NCBI GenBank assembly: GCA_951406725.2
Contig: OX597816.1
Span: forward strand, 159,030,001 to 159,094,000
DNA length: 64,000 nucleotides
From: Octopus vulgaris
Taxonomy: Eukaryota
Reading direction: 5' to 3'
The position numbers were made by a program, and so were the translations under genes. Positions 1 to 13,702 of this stretch are shown here, piece after piece; positions within the stretch are counted from its first letter, which is position 1; every line of letters starts with the position of its first letter. The notes beneath the pieces are model-generated. The model saw only the letters and a list, made by a program, of their open reading frames with translations. It made no database searches and was not told the origin of the DNA.

Positions 1-1480
1 AATAACAGCACTACCAATCAAGAAGGAACAACTGGCACCAGCGACTTAAGCGATTTAAGTGAGGACGGTCAGAAGATTTTAGATGAGTTGCAGGAAGTGA
101 TGTACAAAAAAGAAAAAGATTGCCAACAATAAAAGGTACCAACAGAAGGAAGCTGCTAGATATGACAAGGAAAGTAGACTCTACTATCAGTAGGATAGAT
201 ATTAAAATATAGGAGACACTAACTTATTGATTTCTGCAGAATGGCAGTAGTTACTAGAAGATTAGGTATTCCCCAAGGAAAGATTAGAAAAGAGCAAATG
301 TGAAAAAGGAGATTACAAAATAAAGTGAAGACGTTTAGACAAGCTCTGAGAAGAATAGAAGTCTGTAAACTGAACAAGTTAGGAAACACAAGATTTAAAC
401 CTTCTCTTGAGAAAAGATACTTAGTCAAAGAAAAAGGATTTGGGACAGTAATAGAAGTGTTGAAACGGTGTATCATAGCAGTGTAAGCTTTCAAGATACC
501 AGAAAAGAATAGATCAGTATCAACAAAACAGATTATTTGAGATAGATCAGAGGAGTTTTATAGCCAAATAAATAGTGGAGAATAAAGTACTGAAGAGGAG
601 AAACCTAATGCAGAAAAAGCTAGAAAGTTCTGAAGTAATATTTGGGACAAGTCAGTCAATCATAATGGAGATGCATTATGATTAGAGAAAGTGAGGGAAG
701 ATGTAGTGAGTGAGAAGCAGCCAGATCTAAGACTAACTAGTGCATTAATGAGTAAAGTGTTAGAAGAAATACCCGAAATGGAAGGGCCCAGGACCAGATT
801 TAGTTCAAGGTTATGGCTAAAGAAATTTAATAGCTTACATAGGGCGCTAGGGGAACAACTTCAGGATTGCCTTAATGGAGGAGTAATACTAGATTGGATG
901 ACTAAAGGGGAGAACAGTACTTTTTATGAAAGACAAAAGCAAGGGTAATATAGCAAGCAATTATAGACCAATCGCTTGCCATTAGTGTGGAAGCTGTTAA
1001 CAGGAATGCTCTAAGAAAGCATTTACAAGCATCTTGACAGTCAGAATTTGCTGCCAGAAGAATAGAAAGGTTGCAGGAGGAAGATTAGAGGAACGCATGT
1101 TCTATTATACAAAAAGAAAGCAATTCTAAATTAAGTAAATTCTAGAAAGGAAAATTTAACAATAGCATGGATAGATTATAAGAAAGCCTATGACATGATC
1201 CCACACTCATGGATAAGTGAATGTTTGAATATATTCAGTATAGTAGACAACATAAGTGGAAAGTAAATCTCTACTCAGGTGACATAGCCTTATGGAAAGT
1301 TAATATCAAGAGAGAAATTTTCCAAGGCGACTCGTATTCCCATTTAACATTTGTCTTACGTTTAATCGTCCTCAGTTTAGTGTTAAGGGAGGCAAATACA
1401 GGGTGTCAGTTCAGAAATAAAAAGGAAAAATTAACCATTTGCTATACATGGATGATCTGAAGCTTTTTAGTAAGAATGAA

Positions 1481-1596
1481 AAAGTCAATCATCTGGCACA
1501 TTTTATTCTCATTGTGTACTACTTCTAAATCAGACCTCCTAGCTTCTATTACTCTCAGTCTGAATGTTATTTCTTACTTTCTAGTATTTTACTAGG
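1481..1596 (-). repeat. 116-bp inverted copy of 2606-2721 inserted inside the same LINE
   Basis: Reverse complement of 2606-2721 with about 2 mismatches; interrupts the RT just after YMDDLK. Confidence 0.9.
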
Positions 1597-1607
1597 ATAA
1601 TACACAT

Positions 1608-1652
1608 TGTAAGACACAAAGACACTGTAAGACACAAAGACACTGTAAGACA
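1608..1652 (+). repeat. 18-bp tandem repeat (tgtaagacacaaagacac) x~2.5
   Basis: Visible directly in the sequence. Confidence 0.85.
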
Positions 1653-3056
1653 GCAAAGATATAGGTATGGAATTTGGCATAAATATGTGTGCCATATTAG
1701 TCATGAAAAAGGAATAGGTAGTCAACAGTGAAGGTATCCAATTACCAGATGGCCAGACATAAAAATCACTGAAAGAAGGAGAGAGCTATAAGTATCTAGG
1801 AGTACTAGAATCTGACAGAGTATTAACTATAGAAATGAAAACGAAACTTGAGTACATCAGAAGGATTAGGAAGCTAATAAAGTCAAAGCTAAATGGTCCG
1901 AATCTAGTGAAGGCTTTAGATACTTAGGTAGTGGCAGCTTTTTTAGATTAGACCAAATCTGAATCAGCAAATCTAGACAAAAGAGCTAGGAAGGAAATCA
2001 ATATGAATGGAGTACTTCACCCAAGATCAGGAGTAGCAAGATTATACTTATCTAGAAAGGAAAGTGGAAAAGGGTTATTATCAATAGAAGACTACATAGA
2101 GTTAACTAGAGTGGATAAAGCCTCCTATGTAGGTAATAGTGAAGAAAGTTTATTAAGGGCTGCTAGAATCACAGTAGACGTAAGGAAGCTAAAAAGCCAA
2201 ATGAAGTTTAAAAAAAACAGAAATAAAAGAAAGATTATCTCACTGGCAAGAGAAGGCTTTGCATGTTAGATTCCCAAGGATAATTTCAGGAAATAGTAAT
2301 TGCGAGACATGGTTATAGTTGCAGAAAGAGAGGCTGAAAGGGGAGACAGAAAGTTTATTAGTAGCAGCATAAGATCAAGCATTGTGGACTAATTGGGTAA
2401 ACTCCAAGATAGTAAAAAAATGAGAGATTCTCAACGTAGGTTACGTAAATCAAAAGAGGTAAGTGTTACTCATTAGTGAGTGAATATAGCATGCTGGCAC
2501 AGAAAGAATACAAAAAAAGACATGACAGCCTAGGGAGAATAATCCACTGGGAATTATGTAGAAAAGCTAGGATTTGACCATAATGATAAATGGCATGAAC
2601 ATGAACCTAGTAAAGTACTAGAAAGTAAGAAATAACATTCAGACTGAGAGTAATAGAAGCTAGGAGGTCTGATTTAGAAATAGTACACAATGAGAATAAA
2701 ATGTGCCAGATGATTGACTTTACAGTCCCAAATGATGAAAAAGTCAATATGAGAGGTACAGAGAAAGTAGCAAAGTACCAGCACCTAGCTATTGGGTTAC
2801 AGAGACTATGGAAAGTGCGTGTAAAATGTATCCCAGTAGTTATACGTGCATTAGGAACTATCCCTAAAGATTTGAACAGATGGATAGAGGAAATAGGCAT
2901 AAAACCTAGCTTAGTACAGCTCCAGAAAACAGTGTTATTAGGGACAGCTAGAATACTTAGGAGAGTTCTTTGCATCTAAGGTTACTTGTTGTAGCCTGAT
3001 GTTAGGATTTTTGTCTTTCCTAGCAGTCTAATCTGTTGTGCGTATATGAAATAATA

Positions 3057-3522
3057 AGTACCATCCTATATTCTGCAATAATCTCGAGAAAGATTCTTGA
3101 GATTTGAGGAGACTTGTTATCACTAAACCTTAAGATAACATTCCTGCTGATTAAAATAGCATGCACTAGCGTCAAATAACAGCAACAACAACAAGGGAAG
3201 AACTATGATGAACTGAAGTGAGATGTACCCAGGTTGTGGCAATGAAGAGAGTAGACGTGAAACCAATTGTAATTGGTGCGCCTGAAATCATCAGAACCCA
3301 ACTACCAACATGGTTCGAAAAGACTAGAACAAATGTAACGATGGAACATCTACAAAATCATCCTCATTACTTGGAATTGCAAGAGTTCTCCGCGTGGTTC
3401 TTGAAGCATGAACAGTAAACAATTGTCACCTCAGTCTGCTGGCTATGGGCAACTGATACTTTCCATCATACCCAGCAAAATAAGCTGAGAGTTTTCAGGA
3501 AATAATAATAATAATAATAATA
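3057..3522 (+). mobile_element. Two short 3' ends of further Dong/R4-like LINEs, ending in (TAA)n
   Basis: 3057-3110 resembles 'A.IL.SA.ISRKILEI*'; 3200-3420 encodes W.MKRVDVKPIVIGA....LP.W......TMEHLQ.S.LLG.ARVLRVVL; followed by a 3'UTR and (TAA)n at 3501-3522. Confidence 0.7.

Positions 3523-3557
<35 letters not shown>
3501..3557. repeat. (TAA)n/(TTA)n microsatellite, inverted junction
   Basis: aataataat...taattattattatt. Confidence 0.95.
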
Positions 3558-3558
<1 letters not shown>

Positions 3559-4897
3559 GCCAAATAGGCAAACAATGAGAGCGATTGAGAAAGGGCAGTG
3601 ATATAAGTACTAGGGAGTATTGGTAGTAGACGAAATAAAAAAAGACCAATAGGGAGTACACTTGGAGAGTAAGAAAATTGTTGCAGTCAAAACTGAATTC
3701 ACAAAATCTTATTGAAACCAGAAATTCAAGAGAAGTACCCTTAATCAGATATGGAGCAAAAACGATATAAAGAAACTTGATAGAAAAACTAGAAAGTTGT
3801 TGACAATGTATGGAGCCCACCATCTGAAAGCTAATATCAACCGGCTGTACATGAGGAGAGACCAGGGTGGAAAAGGTTTAATAGCAGTAGAAGAATGTGT
3901 ACAAAGGGAAAGAAAAGACCTAGTAGAGTTTGCGGAGCAGCACAGGAAAACTACTAAAGACAGTGTATAAAGAACAGGTGATAAAGCGCATAATACGAGA
4001 AAAGGACAAGAATGAAATACAAAGAGAGCAAGTCAGACAGATTGAAGAGAAACCTCTGCATGGCCAATTTTGGAGATCCACAGAAGATGTATGTGGAACA
4101 AAACCTTGGGCTTGGTTAAAAAATGGGCAATTAAAAAAAGAAATAGAATTTAATCGTAGCAGCCCAATTTCAAGCGATAAAAACAAACAACTTGAGAAAA
4201 ATATATATGGAGATAATGTGTCAGAAAAATGTAGAGCTGTGGAACTTAGTAGCATACATTGTGACAGAATGCCCCAAGTAGACACAGTAAGACTTTAAAA
4301 AAATGGAGGCACGACCAGATTGTAAAAGTTTTACACTGGAAACTGTGCTAGAAATGAAGATTTCAAGCTGGAAACACATGGTATAATCACCGAGTCGAAA
4401 GACTGCTGGAGTCGGAGAAATGTAAGATTTTGTGGGATTTTCCTATTCAAACGGACAAGAAGTTAGTAAACAGACCGGACATAACAATTATAGATAAGGA
4501 AAAGCAAAGTTGCTTACTTATTGACCCATTATGCCTGTTTGATTCCAGGATCGTAAAGAAAGAGGATGAAAAACAAAAAAAAATACAATCCTTTAAAATT
4601 TGAAATAGGAAGAATTTGAAGCATGAGAGCAATAAAGTTCGGGCCTATAATTGGTGAGTTGGGAGCAGTAAGCAATGATATAAAGAAATGGTTGAAGATT
4701 CGAATAGAATGCACGGTAGAGCTCCTATAGAAAATTTATCTCTTAGGGACAACAAAGATTATCAGGAGAGTTCAAAGCATTTGAAAGACAGCTGAAAACC
4801 TGTGGATACCTAAGGTTACAGGTAATAACCCGCTACCCACATGTATCCTACCAGGAATAAGACCGAACCTGAGTCAAGCCAAAATAAAAATAATAAC
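3558..4897 (+). mobile_element. 5'-truncated Dong/R4-like LINE (different family from 1-3056)
   Basis: YKY.GV, RVRKLLQSKLNSQNL, MYGAHHLKANINRLYMRRDQGGKGL, EKPLHGQF, W.WLKNGQLKKE, RHDQIVKVLHWKLC, KILWDFPIQTD....RPDI, PIIG.LGA, LLGTTKIIRRV; tail aaataaaaataataa. Confidence 0.88.
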
Positions 4898-5581
4898 GTC
4901 GTAACATGTTGGGGATGTGAAAAGTCTTACATTGTTCAAATACTGGTGTCTCTTAAAAGAAAAGGAACAATGATTCATTGATAACTACCGGGTCCCTACT
5001 TCACAATGTGAAGATGATGCCATCGATTTTACTCAGACCATAACATACAAGAAATAACAAAGAATAGTAAAAGAAGAGGATGAAAAACAAAAAAATACAA
5101 TCCTTTAAAATTTGAAATAGGAAGAATTTGAAGCATGAGAGCAATAAAGTTCGGGCCTATAATTGGTGAGTTGGGAGCAGTAAGCAATGATATAAAGAAA
5201 TGGTTGAAGATTCGAATAGAATGCACGGTAGAGCTCCTATAGAAAATTTATCTCTTAGGGACAACAAAGATTATCAGGAGAGTTCAAAGCATTTGAAAGA
5301 CAGCTGAAAACCTGTGGATACCTAAGGTTACAGGTAATAACCCGCTACCCACATGTATCCTACCAGGAATAAGACCGAACCTGAGTCAAGCCAAAATAAA
5401 AATAATAACGTCGTAACATGTTGGGGATGTGAAAAGTCTTACATTGTTCAAATACTGGTGTCTCTTAAAAGAAAAGGAACAATGATTCATTGATAACTAC
5501 CGGGTCCCTACTTCACAATGTGAAGATGATGCCATCGATTTTACTCAGACCATAACATACAAGAAATAACAAAGAATAGTA
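4553..5581 (+). repeat. Near-identical tandem duplication, unit ~512-514 bp
   Basis: 4561-5068 is repeated at 5075-5581 and differs mainly in an A-run length; GTA..AAGAA microhomology at the junction. Confidence 0.95.
4895..4985 (+). mobile_element. Degenerate Penelope-type GIY-YIG endonuclease fragment (second copy ~5408-5497)
   Basis: Translates VVTCWGCEKSYIVQ..G.SLKR....IH, matching the Y.I.C..C...YIGQT...L..R...H pattern of PLE endonucleases. Confidence 0.55.
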
Positions 5582-7810
5582 CAAAGAAAATCGAAAGTGT
5601 ATGCCATACATGAAGCAATCAAGCCCTATCCAATCTGAACTTCTACGAAGTTGACAGAAAATCTATTCAAAGAGAGATTCTGAAACAAAACTGATCCAAA
5701 AGTCTCTTTGTGCAAGACAATAACATGAAAGTTAAAGAAATTGTTAATAATATAAGCTACATGTATTAAATTTGTTCCATAGAGAAAACTAATACATGTA
5801 AAAACATTATTCCTAGGGACAGGAAGGGCCTCACGAGACAAAATATAAACATTTCAAATCGCTTAAATAAACAACTTAATGGCAACCAGGAGTCCCATTT
5901 ATGAAAAGCTCCCTTTTTAACATAGTCTCTTCCATGAAAAGACGAGGGGAGAAAGAGAAACCAAGACAGCTTAAAATATAAAAACAAAACCTAAGACCTT
6001 CTGTGAATGTACAAGAAATCCACCTTGGTGTGTCACAAGATGGTGTCACAATTCGAAGAAAATTGTACAGGGACTGCAGAACTTAACAAAATAAAAGAAA
6101 TACTAAATAAACAATTCTAAAGTGTTTTCATTTCTCGTTGTGAGATGTACAGATAAATAACCCTAATGAGTTCTTCAAAATCACAGATCTAGACAGGGAG
6201 GCAACCACCGATACATCAGACAAATGAGGAGGAAGTCGTAATAATGGTTTCAAACTGTTGTACAAGGTCAGCAAGTTCGAAGGCGGGTTAAGTCGATTAA
6301 TCGACCCCAACACTTGATTGCTACTTATTTTATCGATCCTGAAAGGATAAAAGGCGAAGACGATCTCTGCAGAATTTCAAATCAGAACATAACAGACGAA
6401 ATGTCACTAAGCATTTTTCCCGGTTTGCCAACGATTCTGCCAGCTCGCCACCATTAGGAGATTGTAATATTGGCTTTAAATTTTGGCACAAGGCCAGCAG
6501 CTTCGGGGAAGGGGTTAAGTCGATTACATCAACCTTAGTGCTCAACTGGTTCTTATTTTGTCGACCCAGAAAGGATGAAGGGGTAAAGTTGACCTCAGTA
6601 GAATTTGAACTCAGAACGTAAGGACGGACGAAATGACGCTAAGCATTTTGTCCGGTGTGCTAACGATTCTGCCAGCTCGTCGCCTTAGAAGAGGTTGTAA
6701 TATTGGCCATTGATGTGATGAGTTTGAACTCAGCAATAAGCTTTGATGTTTTTCCAATTATTCCTTTAAAGAAATGCAAGAAGACTAACAAAACCACTGC
6801 AGATACTTTTCCAAAGTATTCTTCGATGTAGTAAACTTCTCGAAAAGTTAAAAGAAGGTTCAATATGTCCTATCTATAAAGAAGGAAGCAGAGCAGATGT
6901 TAAAACTTAAAGGCCTATCTCTTCGACCTCACACATCAGCAAAATAATGGAACGCATTATCAGAAGGAAAATGATTACATTGGTAGATGAAAATGGATGA
7001 AAATGAAATGAATCAGGAGGAGGTAGTGAGGTTATAGGGCCTTGCTTCGGTTGAGATTAAACATGATAAATTTTGTCCTATTGTACGCTATACAGCTTCC
7101 ACCCAGGAAGGTATTGCATCACACAGCTACATGATACTGAAACAAGAAGTCAATCATTTAAAATAAGATGTGATGTATCTCGACTTTGCATAGGCCTCCG
7201 ATAAAGTTGATCATAGTAGAGTTAGAAAACTTGGAAAGTTGATGCATAACTTTTTAAAAGGTAGAAAGATAAGAATCAGGTAGTCGCAGCAAACAGTGCT
7301 CTCTTCAAGAAGATATCAATTCTAAGTAGAGACCCTCTGGGAACTCTCTACTGAGATCATTATTGTTTGTGATGACTCTCGCAGAGATGGCCTCAGTCAC
7401 GCAGTTAGCAGTTAGCCACTCTCACCAGCTATGTTGATATTACAAGAGTGACACAGACCGACAAGAACTTTTACCATAACGCAAATCAACAGAAAAACAT
7501 GAACGCAATGTAAACGTGAACTGAAGAAAACAACGCGTAGTTCAGAGCTGAAATTCCAAGTGCCTCATCATCAGTTCACACAGAGATCGCAATCAGAGTA
7601 TACTGGGCCAGGGAAGTATTGCAATCAGAGACACGAGCAGCGCATGATCTGGGAACCCGTGAGTAATGATGCATCATTCTGCATGCGTAATATTAAGATA
7701 AAAACAATATGCAGGCGGCTGGCTGGTTGGAATCTGAGAACTTTCAGAACAAGAACAAAGGAAGCTATATTGATTCTGCAGAGAACATTTGTTCTTTGCC
7801 GCCTGGACAG
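5500..7810 (+). mobile_element. Highly decayed CR1/L2-group LINE ORF2 remnant interrupted by SINEs
   Basis: Remnants NLNFY..D (~5635), RPISL.SHISKIMERIIRRK (~6910-6975), DVMYLDFA*A.DKVDH (~7165-7215), S.D.P.GT (~7325), SYVD (YADD-like, ~7430), AGWNLRTFRTR (~7720). Confidence 0.75.
6240..6688 (-). mobile_element. Two adjacent family-A tRNA-derived SINEs
   Basis: Reverse complement of ggcggcgagctggcagaatcgttagc...gagttcaaattc...gcctttcatcctttcggggtcgat...agtaccag. Confidence 0.9.
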
Positions 7811-7959
7811 CGTTTTCTCTTACTTTTTAATTATAAGTCGCCACATAACGTTTGATTGTGTAATATGATTGTGTAATACGTATAAATATAATTGTGTATT
7901 ACATATAAATATAATTTGTGTATAAAATAGTGTATATTATATATATATATACATATACA

Positions 7960-8124
7960 TTCGTTTCAGTCATTTGACTGCGGTCATGCTGGAGCACCAC
8001 CTTGAAGGGTTTTAGTCGAACAAATCGGCCCATGAATTAGTTTTTTTGAAGCCTAGTACTCTGCCGAACCGCTATATCACGAGGACAAAAAGACACAAAA
8101 TCACACACACACACACACACACAC

Positions 8125-8127
<3 letters not shown>
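7960..8127 (-). mobile_element. Family-B SINE 3' fragment
   Basis: gtttcagtcatttgactgcggtcatgctggagcaccaccttgaagggttttagtcgaac... Confidence 0.85.
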
Positions 8128-8171
<44 letters not shown>

Positions 8172-8173
<2 letters not shown>

Positions 8174-8359
8174 GCCATGATAAATCGTTAGCTACTACAC
8201 ACATTTTTTTCTCTCCTTGTTTTTTCTGTGTACCTTTCTGTAGAAGAGCGTAGGCTCGAAACGTAAAAAACTTTTTCTATTCCTGAACGCTATACTAATA
8301 CACCTGTTTGTTTGTACACTACCTGCCTTCGTCTTTTGTTTATTTTCGTAAACTTTCCC

Positions 8360-8363
<4 letters not shown>
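8172..8363 (+). mobile_element. (TA)n-embedded Penelope-like 3'-end cassette with a degenerate minimal hammerhead motif
   Basis: CTGTAGA-A-GAGC(GTAG)GCTC-GAAA-CGTA at 8238-8265; pyrimidine-rich tail ending cccttca(TA)n; (TA)n on both sides. Confidence 0.55.
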
Positions 8364-8408
<45 letters not shown>

Positions 8409-8599
8409 GTTAGCTGAGTTAGAGGTTAAAATAGAAGTATCCATTACACTACTGGTATATAACCTATGTTTAACCATGAGCACTCATATGCAAGCATATT
8501 ATGCTCATAAATTATATGTAAAGTATTAAATTAATAAATAATAATTGATGTAAGTCAATTGTTGTTCATCAATATTTCTCCATTTTCTGTTTTCTTTAA

Positions 8600-8950
<351 letters not shown>

Positions 8951-9039
8951 TCTTTCTTTTATATGTTTCAACCCTAAGGCTGTGGCCATGCTGGGGCACC
9001 GCCAGCATAATCACCTTTTAATTGGCCAATTTTATGTGA

Positions 9040-10845
9040 TTGGCTTTTGGTGAAGGAGGGAGCTCAACACTGCTGCTCTCTTTTGAGTTTTCTACCTTGA
9101 AATTTGTTCATCTGGGATTGTGGATAGCAAGAAGTCAAGTTGTTTCTTGAAAACATCTACCCACGCTACATGGAGACCCCTCAGATATTTTAGCTGTGGG
9201 CCCTTGAATCCCAAGCTATTGCAATATCTGATGGGACAACTGGAACTTTTGGAACAGTGCAGTGACTTCCAATTCGAGGTCTGGTACAACTCCCAATTTC
9301 AAAGTTTGGTGCCAACCTCTCCAGTATCTTCCACGCATATATCACTGCATACCTCTCCCGTCTTCGCTCCAGGGAATAGACTAGCAGCTCTTTCAGTCTC
9401 TCCCTGTAGCTCAGCTGTTCCATTGATGCAATCCTCCTTGTGTAGCATCACTGAACCGCTTCAAGTAGGTTACTCCAAAGTATCGTTCTTACGAATTCTG
9501 AGCACCAGTTAGCTGATAGCAGAGGGCTTGGAATTTGCCTGCATTGAATTGCATGTTGTTTTCTTCTGCCCATTTATATATGGCATCTGGGTCTTTATGT
9601 AGAAGATTAGCATCAGAAGGTTCCTTGACTGCTTGTACTACTTTTTGTGTCGTCGGCATAGCTAGTAGGTGTGGCTACCTGTGTAACTAATGGCATGTCT
9701 GAAAGAGCCATCATGAACAGCAGCGGCCCCTGAGGCACTCCACTTTCTAACACTGTCTCCTTGGAGAGGACTCCATTGGCTGCAACAACCTGGCTTCTGT
9801 CGTTTAAGAAGTCATGCAACCACTCTCCAATTTTCTCAGTTATGCCGAGTCTGCTCAGTTTTTGATTTATCGTCACGTGATCAACCTTTTCAAAGGCCTT
9901 TGCAAAGTCAAGACATATCACATCCTCGTTTGAGCGATTCTTTAATTGCTTCAATACCCAGTCATAATACTGCAAAAGCTGTGTAAGGCAGCTTCTTCCT
10001 GAGCGAAAGCCATAGGAAGCAAGTCATTATCTTCAAGGAACGCAATTAGTTTCTTCCTGATAATGCGCTCCATGACTTTGCTGACATGGGAAGTTAGAGA
10101 AACTGGTCTATACTTTTTAGCATCTGCTCTATCTCTCTTATGAATAGGGCATATCATGCCTTCCTTTAACTTTTTAGAAAGACTCCCAGTTGTGAAGAAG
10201 TTCCGGAAGAGAATCTGAAGGGGTCTTGCTAGAACCCCTTTGCATGTCTTTGGGAGGATTGCCTGTTGCTGAGTTTGAGCTTATTTCATCAATGGCTGAT
10301 ATCACATCAGTTTCCCCTATTCTAATACCATCAATAATTGCCATTTCATTGTGTAGAGCTGTGGAACCAAAAATCTCATCAGGAATAGCTAATTGCAAGT
10401 GTCCCAGTGGAGTGGGGAAAACATTCTTGCATTGCAGTCAGTATTTCACTGATCCTCTGGGGGTCTACAGTCGGCGAGCCATTTCTTTCAAATAGTACCC
10501 CTCTTTTGTACCGTACTGAAGCAGATTTTTTTGCATACCTATAGAAGGTTTTAGGGTTTAATATTTTTGACAGCCCTGGCTTCCTTTTCTGCCCTCTCTT
10601 TTTCATGGGAGTGTTTGAGTTCATTTTCGATCTCGAGCAATGTTTGTTTGAGATAGGATCGTTTGTTATTCTTTAGTGGCCCATTTAGATGATTTGAGAT
10701 TTTTGCTCGTCGTCCCATAAGAGTCCTCCTATCCCTGGGTGTTATATCTTTCTGCTGGCTTGGCATTCTCTCTAGAGTATATATCATGCATGATTGTCAT
10801 AAAGTGCTGTGGCATTATGTCAATATCTTGCGTAGAGAGACTGGC
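9040..10845 (-). mobile_element. Decayed CR1/L2-group LINE ORF2 (RT + C-terminus), 5'-truncated
   Basis: ORF fragments NPKTFYRYAKK, CPIHK..RADAKKYRPVSLTSHVSKVMERII, DVICLDFAKAFEKVDH, SGVPQG..PLLF, YADDTK, LSYRERLKEL.VYSLERRRERY. Confidence 0.92.
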
Positions 10846-10889
10846 TGAGACGTATAAACACTATCACAGAAACACGCGCGGGCGCGCGA

Positions 10890-11097
10890 CACGCTTCCCT
10901 CATTTTCCTGTCAACCAAATCTACTCACGCGGCATTAGTCGGCTCAAAGATATAGTAAAAGATACTTGCCCAAGGTGCCACACAATGGGACTGAAAACGC
11001 AAACACGTGGTTGAGAAGCAAGCTTCTTACCACACAGCCATTAATAATAATGATTAATGATTCTTTCTGATTTTTGGCCCAAGGCCAGCAATTTTAG

Positions 11098-11142
<45 letters not shown>

Positions 11143-11393
11143 GGAACGTAAACACACCAGCATCGGTTGTCGAGCGATGTTGGGGGACAAACACAGACAC
11201 ACAAACATATACACACACATACACGTATATATACATATATACGACGGGCTTCTTTTCAGTTTCCGTCTACCAAATCCACGCACAAGGCTTCGGTCGGCCC
11301 GAGGCTATTGTAGAAGACTTGCCCAAGCTGCCACGCAGTGGGACTGAACCTGGAACCATGCAGTTCGTAAGCAAGCTACTTACCACACAGCCA
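10890..11393 (-). mobile_element. Family-B SINE copies (10890-11042 and 11140-11393)
   Basis: Reverse complement of the tggctgtgtggtaagaagcttgct...ggttcagtcccactgcgtggc tRNA-like head and body. Confidence 0.88.
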
Positions 11394-11400
11394 ATATATA

Positions 11401-11495
<95 letters not shown>

Positions 11496-11522
11496 ATATA
11501 TATGTATGTATATAAATATATG

Positions 11523-11553
<31 letters not shown>

Positions 11554-11590
11554 GTATATATATATATGTATATATGTATATATATATATG

Positions 11591-11653
<63 letters not shown>

Positions 11654-11690
11654 GTATGTATATATATATGTATATATGTATATATATATG

Positions 11691-11737
<47 letters not shown>

Positions 11738-11778
11738 GTATATATATATATATGTATATATATATATGTATATATATA

Positions 11779-11780
<2 letters not shown>
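11394..11780. repeat. (TA)n/(TG)n microsatellite
   Basis: Direct observation. Confidence 0.97.
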
Positions 11781-13250
<1,470 letters not shown>

Positions 13251-13473
13251 CAAATTGAGATAGGGGTTGTAAATGCAACCCTCCATGGGATAACATATAT
13301 CCAATTCGCGTGTCCGTGCGAGGGCGTGCATGCTCATGTATGTGCATGTGGGTGCATTTCGGCGTATCCACTTATATTTACTATATTAGGTTTATCTTTG
13401 TGCTCTTCTTAATTTGTATTCCATTTTATTTATCTATTTATCTATACATGGATATATATATATATATATATAT

Positions 13474-13702
13474 ACCGGAGTAAACACATAAATGTGAAAC
13501 AAGGTGGAAAAAAGAGTACTCAAATACCAGTGGTAGAGTAATATGCTTTATTTTAAGCAGCAGAAAATTCAACAAAATCTGTTACTCTGAGTTTCTCGTT
13601 GCCGTTCATCAGACAGTTTTTGCTAGCAAAAACTGTCTGATGAACGGCAACGAGAAACTCAGAGTAACAGATTTTGTTGAATTTTCTGCTGCTTAAAATA
13701 AA

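Larger units (their letters stand above)
1..3056 (+). mobile_element. Decayed non-LTR retrotransposon, Dong/R4-like (RT + C-terminal CCHC/restriction-like endonuclease); 5' part lies outside the window
   Basis: Frame-shifted RT motifs: NYRPI (~960), AWIDYRKAYDMIPHSW (~1165-1215), IFQGDS (~1315), YMDDLK (~1445), YKYLGV (~1790), LHPRS..RLYL.RK.GKGL (2003-2269). Also KRHD..IIHWELC (~2515-2560) and IDF.VP..EK..KY..L...PVVI.ALG..P...LQKTVLLGTARILRRVL* (2701-2979). Ends in a short aaataataa tail. Confidence 0.9.
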
